Shown in pieces: positions 1 to 8,800 of a DNA stretch of 64,000 nucleotides. Under the pieces are notes generated by a model. It made no database searches. It saw only the letters and a list, made by a program, of their open reading frames with translations, and was not told where the DNA came from. Origin of the DNA: Acidobacteriota bacterium. Its GTDB lineage: Bacteria; Acidobacteriota; Blastocatellia; Pyrinomonadales; Pyrinomonadaceae. The stretch covers positions 191 to 64,190 of the forward strand of contig JAFAOW010000173.1 in NCBI GenBank assembly GCA_019247455.1, read 5' to 3'. Both the position numbers and the translations under genes were made by a program. The first letter of the stretch is position 1. Each line of letters starts with the position of its first letter.

Positions 1-813
1 ATTCTTAGGGGCTTTTATGCCGTCCACCTCCCTCGGGAGATCCGCGTACCTGTTAATTTCTATGGACGCCGAGAGTTGACCGAAAGGCTGACCGATAAAT
101 TTGGCAGGCAGGCAGTGATCTCCGTAGCTCGCGGCCGCGGTGTCAATGCCGCGCGCGGCCTCATTGAAGGTCATGACGAACACGAATTGGACCGCGCGCG
201 GCCTCGGGCCTCGCACGAATGGATCTCGCGCGAGCTGCAGAAGATGTTTTCACTCGACCGTGCGCCTAAACGCGTGGAGTGCTTCGACGTCGCTCACATC
301 TCGGGGACAGGTTTTGTCGGAGCGTCCGCAGCATGGATCTCAGGAAGGTTCGTCTCCGCCGAATACAACTTCGTTCTTTCGGGAGAAAGGACCGAGCTCG
401 GCGCTCTCGCAGATGCGGTACTTAAACGCATCGGCCAGTCTTCCCCTCCCGATCTCATCGTGCTCGACGGCGGTAAGCCCCAGCTAAACAACGTTCTCGG
501 GATCTTTGAGAAAGGCGGTCGGCGTGTCCCACTCGTTGCGGCGGTCAAACCTCGCGGCAAGCACTCTTCTGTCGCTGCGTTCCTAAGCGAAGACGGCGGC
601 TCGATACCCTTTGACGTCAATTCTCCGGCTCACGCCGTGCTGCAGCTGCTCCGTGACGAGGCCCACGATCTCGCGAACCGCGTCCATCGGGACTACCGGG
701 AAATGATGCCCTTCTACGAGCGATCAGGCCACGAACAGCCGCTCGTCGTCCCTCTCAGGTTTCACGCGGAGAACGGTGGAGCGGAGGACCTTGTACCGAT
801 CCCGACGCGCTAA
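1..813 (+). CDS. UvrC-like excinuclease (endonuclease-domain part; 5' end outside the window; no C-terminal (HhH)2 tail)
   Basis: Frame 1 is open from nt 1 (ILRGFYAVHLPREIRVPVNFYGRRE...), so the TTG at 76 is probably internal. The blocks RVECFDVAHISG, PDLIVLDGGKPQL, VPLVAAVK and LLRDEAHDLANRVHR are colinear with the UvrC RNase-H-like endonuclease domain (xIECFDxS / PDLxxIDGGxGQ / GLAK / RDEAHRFA). The ORF stops about 30 aa after this block. Confidence 0.7.
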   Translation: MLRGFYAVHLPREIRVPVNFYGRRELTERLTDKFGRQAVISVARGRGVNAARGLIEGHDEHELDRARPRASHEWISRELQKMFSLDRAPKRVECFDVAHISGTGFVGASAAWISGRFVSAEYNFVLSGERTELGALADAVLKRIGQSSPPDLIVLDGGKPQLNNVLGIFEKGGRRVPLVAAVKPRGKHSSVAAFLSEDGGSIPFDVNSPAHAVLQLLRDEAHDLANRVHRDYREMMPFYERSGHEQPLVVPLRFHAENGGAEDLVPIPTR

Positions 814-816
814 AAA

Positions 817-838
817 GCCGGCGGTATTAGCCGCCGGC
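817..838. terminator. GC-rich hairpin between convergent genes
   Basis: GCCGGCGG-tattag-CCGCCGGC is a perfect 8-bp stem. It is preceded by TAAAAA, which reads as a T-run on the minus strand, so it fits best as the terminator of the minus-strand gene at 860-1795. Confidence 0.5.
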
Positions 839-859
839 CTACAAAGGTTCGGAATGAAC

Positions 860-1795
860 CTAGTTATGTGTGCTGTCAACCATGCAGAGCCAGCTGTTGC
901 CCGATCTCATGACATTTCGCTGGATCAACCACTGATGGCCGCCGAACGTCATGTTGTACCAGGACCCGTTCGTCGCCTGCGCCTGAAAATGACCGAAGGT
1001 CCACGCACATTTATCCCCGTTTTCGGCACCGCTTGAGTCGTACCACGCGTTGAGGTCTGGGTCCGTCGTAGCTTCCTCAAGCTCGTGAGTCATAACCGAG
1101 ATGGCACCGTCAATACCGGGATTGTTATTCGGACTCTTTGTCTGCGCGGCACATGACGATATGCAGCGGTTGGCATTGCCGACAAACGAATAGCGTACTT
1201 TTCCATTCGTAAGATTGCCGACCGTATGCCATCCGCAGTATTGCGTACAGAAGCCTGATGACGCCGTAACATTGGATGAGGTCAAAACGAAATAGACGCC
1301 GCTGGGGTTATACGGAAGGCGATTGGACGAAATAGCGTTGTTAACGATGTTCCTGATCGCCGTATCTGACAGCCGCGTGCTCGTGCCGCCGTCCGTAGTT
1401 TCACCGCCAAAAAGAACATTCCCCGAAATGGGACTGCCATACGTTTTGTTGAGCGCAAAGTGCGGTGTTCCCCCGATGCTGTTAGCCCAGTCACGAATTA
1501 GCTGCTGCCCGGCCGGCGTGTCCGAACCGTTCGCTTGATTCCAGTTTCCGTACCAGATCAAATAGATCGTCGGCGTCCCGATGACCGGCCCGCCGTGATT
1601 TATCAACGCCGAGAGGTTACCGGTACCGCCGGTCGTCAGTGCGGCCTTGATACGGCCCGACATCGTGAATCGGATAACGTCGTCGGGCATCGGCGCCTGA
1701 TTCATTGGGTGCTCGACGCGGCCCTGTCCGAATGAAAGGCTCACACATGCTGCCGCGGTCACCGCGACAAACAAAGAGATAACAGATCTTTTCAT
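860..1795 (-). CDS. secreted EXORDIUM / phosphate-induced protein 1 (Phi_1)-like protein
   Basis: The ATG at 1795 is preceded by AGGAGA. Signal peptide MKRSVISLFVAVTAAACVSLSFGQ. Blocks HGGPVIGTPTIYLIWYGNW, YFVLTSSNVTASSGFCTQYCGWH, YSFVGNANRC, NNNPGIDGAISVMTHELEEATTDP and KCAWTFG resemble the conserved blocks of the plant EXORDIUM/PHI-1 family. The longer ORF reaching 1861 adds a non-signal N-terminus. Confidence 0.65.
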   Translation of the reverse strand: MKRSVISLFVAVTAAACVSLSFGQGRVEHPMNQAPMPDDVIRFTMSGRIKAALTTGGTGNLSALINHGGPVIGTPTIYLIWYGNWNQANGSDTPAGQQLIRDWANSIGGTPHFALNKTYGSPISGNVLFGGETTDGGTSTRLSDTAIRNIVNNAISSNRLPYNPSGVYFVLTSSNVTASSGFCTQYCGWHTVGNLTNGKVRYSFVGNANRCISSCAAQTKSPNNNPGIDGAISVMTHELEEATTDPDLNAWYDSSGAENGDKCAWTFGHFQAQATNGSWYNMTFGGHQWLIQRNVMRSGNSWLCMVDSTHN

Positions 1796-1999
1796 AGTTC
1801 TCCTGAATATACTGGGAAAGAGCAACTTTTCGGGATACGGCACTAATTGATCCGCCTGCACGCCAGGCGGTACTACCGGCTATTTTGTTCGGTCGTGCCG
1901 CTCAGAACGAGCGGCTATGTGAATGGACTAGTATGTTTATACGCCCGATATCCGGACCCTGTCAATAGAATTCTATCGGGCGTCTCCCGCTCCGGCGTT

Positions 2000-2644
2000 T
2001 TAGAAAAATTCCGCCGAATTCTTCTTCACAAAAGCCTCGATATCCGCGACTGTCTTGAGCTCGTCCAGCTTTTCATTTGCGCTCGGCTTTGTAGTAAAAG
2101 CTTTCCCGGTATTTACATAAACAGCATTTGACGGATAGCCGGACTTTGCTCCGAGACAGCTGCCGGCGATGATAACGTCGGTCTTGCCGTCGCCGTTGAG
2201 ATCGTTAAAGCCAACCGCCTCGACCCAGCATCCCTCGCCTGCACCGATCGCATCGGGAAATTGGAAAACCTGCTTGCCGTCCTTATAGATGTAAAACGTC
2301 GAGCCGCGAGGTACGTCCCTTTCATCGACCATCTCTTCCTTACTGGCGAAGGTAACGAAGCACGACCCTCTGAAGGGCTCGAGATCGAAAGGAAAGCTCT
2401 GCGATTTGATGAACTTCTTACCCGATTGCGCGGCCTCGTCGCATTTGATCGAGGGATTGGCGGATTGCGTGTTGGCGTTAGCTGCCGCAGGGCTCGCCGC
2501 CGGTGTCGAATTTGAGCCTGTCGCATTCGCGTTCGCATTCGTTGCTGACGCGTTATTGGCGGCGCTGTTTGTGCCGACGCTGAATGAACACGCCGACGCG
2601 AGGGCGACGATAAGAATGGTCGAGATCAAGAGGGCTTTTTGCAT
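2000..2644 (-). CDS. lipoprotein with N/A-rich linker and an FG-GAP-like calcium-binding motif
   Basis: Lipobox LASAC within MQKALLISTILIVALASAC, followed by a low-complexity linker (NNASATNANANATGSN...). The DLNGDGKTDVIIAG motif is typical of FG-GAP/VCBS repeats. Confidence 0.7.
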   Translation of the reverse strand: MQKALLISTILIVALASACSFSVGTNSAANNASATNANANATGSNSTPAASPAAANANTQSANPSIKCDEAAQSGKKFIKSQSFPFDLEPFRGSCFVTFASKEEMVDERDVPRGSTFYIYKDGKQVFQFPDAIGAGEGCWVEAVGFNDLNGDGKTDVIIAGSCLGAKSGYPSNAVYVNTGKAFTTKPSANEKLDELKTVADIEAFVKKNSAEFF

Positions 2645-2798
2645 ATGCCCGCTAGCTTACACCAATTTTTCATTTACCAAAGCCGGTGCGTGCGTTTTTG
2701 CGACCACGCCCGTTCAGTCAGGGCGAAAGGCCCGACGTCATTGACGGCTTCACTCAAGCGAAAAAATAAGAACTGAGCCGCCTATGTACTTCCAAACG

Positions 2799-2822
2799 CT
2801 TCTCACTTCTCACTTCTCACTT
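2799..2822. repeat. heptanucleotide tandem repeat (TTCTCAC)x3
   Basis: Direct reading gives gc TTCTCAC TTCTCAC TTCTCAC tt. It sits 7 nt 3' of the alpha-2-macroglobulin stop codon; on the minus strand it reads GTGAGAA x3. Confidence 0.9.
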
Positions 2823-2828
2823 AATTCC

Positions 2829-5800
2829 CTATTCCACCCTCACAAAGTCCGTGCCCGTCCGGCCAAACGTCTCCGGATGGTACATTTCCTCGGCCTTTGC
2901 CGGAGGCACTACGAACTGCCCCGGCGTCGTTGCGCGCGTTACATATGAGTAGTTGTACACTCCCTCCCAGAGCAGCGAGGTAAACGCCTCCGCCCGCTCG
3001 TCACGGAAGTTCTGGTGCTCGAACCAGTTCATCCTCCACCACCATTCGCCGCCGAATGAACGGCTGCTGTAGGTGAGAACGCTCGTCGAGGGATTGGCAT
3101 CCGCCGGGATCGACTCTGTCGTCGCCAGCTCGGGATTTAGTATCTCGAGGCCTGCCGGCAGCTCGTCAACCAACGCAACGTGATACCGCCGAGCCTGAGC
3201 GACCATTGTCAGCCGGACCCGGACGCGCGCACCGGCCTTGATCGTCCACGAACCGTCAGGGTTCTGCTTCACATCGCCCGCGTCATCGACCGCCTCGTAT
3301 TTGCGTAAAACCGTGAAGCCGTAATCCGCAGGATCGAGCTTAAGGTTTTTAGGCGCGTACTTCATGCCGATGCGGTAGTAAAGACGTCCGGGCCCCTGTT
3401 TATCAATAATGAGATTCGAGACGGCGTCGGAACGCAGGCTGCCAGCCTGCGTATCAGATCCGGGCAGGCTAGCAGCCTGCGCTCCGACGAGATACGACAT
3501 CGGAATATTCAGCAGATTCGAATCTGCCGATCTACCCTTGAATGCCTGTTCGCCGGTATACGTGTTGCCGAGCCACACGCGTGCGACGAAGTCGGGCGTA
3601 ACCTTTTCGAAGGCATTGAAGTACTTGTCCAGCGCCAGCAGGATAAAGACATTCTCCTGCGTGTTCGACCATGCTCCTTTCGTCCGATGATCGAGCAGGC
3701 CGCGAACCAGCTTTGGAATCAGGTCGTTCTTTGGATCGGCCTTGATCATCGCCTCGAGCAGCACCCCGTCGGCACGTCGATTGGAGTACATTATCAGCCA
3801 CGCACCGTCGCCATAATTCGTGACGAAGTTCGCCGTCGCGGCTGTCTCGGTCGTATGGTTGTTGAGGTAATGCAGAATATTCTGCACCTCGCCCTGCGAA
3901 CCTGGATCGTTGGCAAGGACTGACAATATCCATCCGAGCGCTTCGTACGGCATCCGGGTCTGATACAGCCCGTCGGACGGAGAACCGGTAGGAGTGACCG
4001 TCCTCGCCTCGGCTAGAAGCTTCTTCGCTTTCGCCGTGTCCTTGTCGCCCATCAGGTCGCGGACGTACAGAGCATACGCGGAGATGGTCCAACGAACTTC
4101 AGGCGAGTTTTTGTACCACTCGTCGTAATGCGACTCGACGTCCTTTAGATAGGGTTTCGTCTTATCGATCATCTCCTGCGGCACCTTGTAGCCCTTAGCC
4201 TTAGCGAGAGCCAAAGCGTGGGCCACATGTACCGTCAGGAACGGGTATTCGTATCGCTCACGGTCGCGTTTCCACAGCCCAAAGCTGCCGTCGCTCCGCT
4301 GTCGAGATTGAAGTATCTCGATGTCACGAGCAAAGTACTTGTTCAGCTCGTCCGCCGTCGGCATATCCTTCGACTTGAACGCGGATAGCACGTCACGCAT
4401 CGCGGCGATCGAGATCATCCGAGACGAGATCTGCTCGGAGCAGGCATATGGATAATTCGTCAGGTAAAGGAACGCATCGGTCAGCTCCTGAAGCTGCGTC
4501 GACGAAGTGGTGACCTCCAACCCGCCGAACTGCGGGAATACATCGCCCGGCGTCTGAACCGGCTGGACGATCGCACCGTTCTGATCGGTCGTGCCGTACG
4601 TCGCGAAGGCCTCGGTCGTAGCCGGCGTCCAAACAGGTAGACTTATTTCCGCTGCATCCGAATAGCTGCCGCTCGTTACCGCGAACTGGAACCGCGCCGT
4701 CCCCGCCTTATTAGCCGACACTGGGAAACGAACCTCAGCACGGTCGTTGGCCTTGACCACGACGCGCTTACCCGACTGGAACGCAGGCGTCCCGCCTGCA
4801 CCGCCGCTAGAGGCCTCCAGCGTTGCATTGGTCGCACGTATCCCGACGTCCACCGTCATATCCTTATCAGTCTGGTTCTGCACAACGACGGGAAGATCGA
4901 TCTTGTCGCCAAAGTTCATGAACCTCGGCGCGGACGGCCTGACCATTAGCGGCTGCTTGGCGGTGATGTTCGATTCCGTTTTGCCAAAGCGCTTGCCGGA
5001 ATCCACCGCGACCGCCGTGATGCGATACCGCGTCAGATTGTCAGGCATCTTTACATTCAAGACTGCCCGGCCATTGCCGTCTGTTTTCACTGTCGGTGAC
5101 CACAAAGCAAGAGCGTTAAAATTCTGTCGAAGATTTATCGGGGTTTCTGCCTGGGTCTTGCCGGTGTCGAGGTCCGATCCATCGAGCTTCAACTCTTCGC
5201 GTTCACCCGCTTGCTTTGCCATCGGGGACGCCGCGGCGCGATTGAGTGCTCCGCCAACGGCCCGTCCTTCTGACATGACCGACACTGAGTCAGCCATCAC
5301 GGGCGAGGGCGGTGGCGGCGGATTCTTTTTAACGTCCTCGGGACTGCTGAGGAGTACATCCTTACGAAGGTGATAATCCGTCACGCCTGCTCCGCGCGCC
5401 TGATAAAACGTGTCCATCGGGTCGCCGATGATGTAGCGCGAAAGAGCGAGCACGCTCTCGTCGACAACGACGACAGCGACCTCGCTGTTTGCGACCGGCT
5501 CGCCGCGAGAATCTTTGACTTGTACTGCGACTTTCGTTTCGGCGCCGGGCGCGAGAGTGGCATCCGCGGGCTCAGCCGAAACCGTCAGCTTCCGGGATGC
5601 GGTCGAAATGGGAAGGTTGATGTTCCCGCTCGCGAAGGCAGGACGGCTCGCGAGTTTCGGATCCACCTCTCCCTTGTCATTAGTCCGCTGCTCGGAGCCC
5701 ACAAGATCGACCTGGGCGGTAATGTTTGGCAGATACTTTTCGTCGAGCGGGATCTTGAGCGTAATCGACGAGTCCTTCATCGTGAACCGTTCGGTCTTGA

Positions 5801-8800
5801 CGAGACCATCACGCCTCAAGGTGAGCACTCCCTCTGCTGGCGTGAACGGCGCGATCACGAGGATCTCCGCCACATCGCCCGGAGCGTAATCCTTCTTGTT
5901 AGGAATGATCTGGACATTTTCCTGCTCGATCGTTCGCTTCGGGGGCTGCTTGCCGCCGGGCACCCACACGGTCATCTCGCTCTCGTTGAACCGCTCCTTG
6001 TCGTCCATCACACGCGCGGTGATCGTGTAAACGCCGCCTTGCTTGGCGACAAAGGAGCAGATCTGCCCTTTATCAGCCGATTTGACCGAACAGGTCTGGT
6101 CATCGATCGTCTGCTCCGACCAGCTTCCCTTGTCAAAGACCCAGTCCTTGAGAATGGCCTTGATCTCGACATCGCGGCCCTTCTGAATGTTGCCGTCGAT
6201 GTCTGTGACGATGGACTCGATATCGATCTTCTCGCCCTTTTGCACAAACGTGCGCGGCGTTTTTACACCGACATAGAGCGAAGACGGATGTACCAACAGC
6301 GAGGTCGAACTTGACCACGTCTGACGGTTGACGTCTTGCACTGCCGCCGAGGCCGAGATCGTGTACGGCCGCGGTGGCTTGACCGAGTCAAAGTCGATCT
6401 TCAGCAAATGCTTTCCGGCCGCATCGGTCGTGCCCTTGTAAGTCTGGGTCGTTCCGCCGCCGCGGTAGCCGCCTTCGAAATCGTACATCCTCCACCACGG
6501 CACCCACGTACCGAATGTGTAGTCTTCGCGATTCGGCGGTGTGTAATTTGTTGGAGTTGCCGTGACGGTCCAGTTGGTCTCGGCGTTCGCGAGACCGCCG
6601 CCGGCGTAGTACTTCGCCTCGACACCAACCATCGCGCTGCCGCCGACGATATGCGGGGCCTCGGTCTCGACCTTCGTCGAAACTTCGAATTCCGGCCGGC
6701 GAAATTCCTGTATCTGGAATTGATGGTTGTAGTAGCCATAGACCGACCCGGGGGTCGACATCAGCGTAAAACTGATATTCGCGTAGCCGAGGTTTACGTT
6801 GTCAGGCAGCTTTGCCTTTATATCAAAACCGCCAAACGTGTTGAGCTTCGTCTCGCCGTTTGCGATCTCGTTGCCGCGGGGATCTGTGACCTTGTATTGC
6901 AGCTTGTCGCTCGAATCCATCGGCTCGACGTCGCCGAGCTTGCTCATATCGACCCGCCGCAGCCAGCCCTTGACGTTGATCTCCTCGTTGGGCTTGTACA
7001 TCTTGCGGTCGTCAAAAACAAACCACCGCAGGCTCTGCCCCGAAGCCTTCTTGTACCACGAGCCGGTGTCCTGCCAGTAGTAATCCGTATTCTCCGGCAG
7101 GAACGCGACGTCCCTTCCCCGTTTCGCGATAAGAATGTTCTGCCCCTTTTGCGAAGGCGAATCAGGAACGGGCAATCTGAGAATGCCGTTGTCGCCGGTC
7201 TGGTTGTTCTGCGCCTCGGGAACGCTTTCGACGCTGCCGGTGGAGCCGTCGGTGTCGACAGACTCTATCCCGTCGGCGTTCGGCCCGTGCCCCCAAGAAG
7301 TAAGCCAGTTCCAGGCACGCTCGAAATACCCGGGCGCTTCGTTTTCAGCCGTGTGCCCGCCTGTTACAGGCTTGCCGTTTGGCCAGATCGAAAGGTCCAC
7401 TCCGGCCATGGGCTTGCCCGTCTTAAGCTCTGTCGCAAATCCTACGAGTTCTTCGTTATCGACAAATGCATCCAGTCCGATCTGCGTCGACTGGACCCAT
7501 GTGAAGATTCGTGTCCGGTCGTATTTGTCCTTGCGGACGGTGGGCTCGATATCGACGATGACGTTGCCGAAGCCGCCGTTAAGTGCCTTGCTCAGGTCGA
7601 TGCGCGTCTCGACCATTTCGTCCGGTTTATTGGCGATCGAAACGACGTCCTCCGACACGAGCCTGCCCGGGACCACGGGCCGCTTGCCGTCGTCGTAATT
7701 TATGTGGCGAACGTAGTCCTGGAATTGCGCCCAATCCTTCGGGTCGACGGCGTAAAGCTTGACGCGGACTGCGTTATGGTTTGTCGAGTAGATCGAGAAG
7801 GTTTGCTTTGCGGTTGGATCGAGCACGGTCATCGAACCACCCTGGGCATAAAGGCTCTGGTCAGCAGATCCTACTTTAATCGTCGCGACCGCGGGCTTCC
7901 CAAGCGACTGCCCAAAAATGTCTGACAGCGTGCCATCGACGGTTATCTTGTAAGTCGTCCGACCCTTCTTATAACCCTGGATATAGACGTAATTGCCTGA
8001 AGGATAGATACTTAGCCCTTCGACCGCGGGCTCGATATGCACCATCTCTTTGGTGAATTTCGACGCCTCGATCGAGTTGTTGAACTCGAGCATCCATGTC
8101 TCGAACGGCGAGCAGTTCTTATTTTCCTGCCACCCGCAGTAAGCACGTCCGAAAGCAAATGGGCTATACGTATTGAACGTGTAACTCTGGGCCGCTGGCG
8201 TTGTCAGCGGTCCTTCTGCCGAGGGAGTACCTTTGTCAACGGAAACGGTGATCGTCGAAGCGGGCGGCAGCGCGTTGTCAGATGTCCCGTCTGAATTTAC
8301 GGCGCGAAATGCGAGCCACCTGCCGGGCTGCGCTTGTTTCGAGTACATCGAGATTGCAGCGTCGCCCGCGATCTCGGCATCCGTGGCAAGCCGGATCGGC
8401 AGTCGCTTGCCCTGTCCGGTTACTGTCATCGTTTTGATGACCGCCTCCGGATTTATCGCTTGGTCGAATGAAACGAACATCATCGCGTCTCGCCTGACGA
8501 TCTGGTTCGCGGGAACCATTTGCAGCACCTTTGGAGCCGGCGTTGTGAATGTCCAGACCACATCCTTTGCGAGCGTTTGGCCGGTCGCCGACTTGGTTCC
8601 CGCCGGCACGCGGGCCGTGAATTTGGTTGCCATCGGGAAACGCTTGGTCGTATCGAACATCAGCGTCTTCGTGCCCAGCCAACGCCAACGGCCCTCGACC
8701 TGCGGACTCAGCTCCACCGGGGCGTATTGGGCAGCCTGTTCCTGAGAGGAAACCGCGACCATAGGCTGGGAGAACGTGACATTTAGATCAGGCGCGAGCG

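Noticed and set aside
1897-1983. Two hairpins downstream of the lipoprotein gene (GCCGCTC-agaac-GAGCGGC at 1897-1915; ACGCCCGATA...TATCGGGCGT at 1941-1983), considered as terminators or an ncRNA.
   Set aside because: Neither is followed by a T-run on the relevant (minus) strand, and the second has a 23-nt loop. The evidence is insufficient to call a terminator or RNA gene.
2799-2822. Heptamer arrays (here, 58871-58912 and 60754-60785) considered as CRISPR or as coding repeats.
   Set aside because: The units are 7 nt with no spacers, and the total length is 24-42 nt. There are no cas genes and the arrays are not in any credible ORF. They are simple tandem repeats, not CRISPR.
6336-7925. A 529-aa plus-strand ORF, and many other ORFs of 60-300 aa, antisense to the alpha-2-macroglobulin gene.
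   Set aside because: They lie entirely inside a long, motif-supported minus-strand gene. They are Arg/Leu/Pro-rich as expected for antisense frames of GC-rich coding DNA, and show no signal, TM or domain motifs and no RBS. The same reasoning applies to antisense ORFs inside the 13777-17547 gene, the kinase tail (24400-24912), ftsA (45347-45868), murG (49170-49715), murF (53690-54313) and others.
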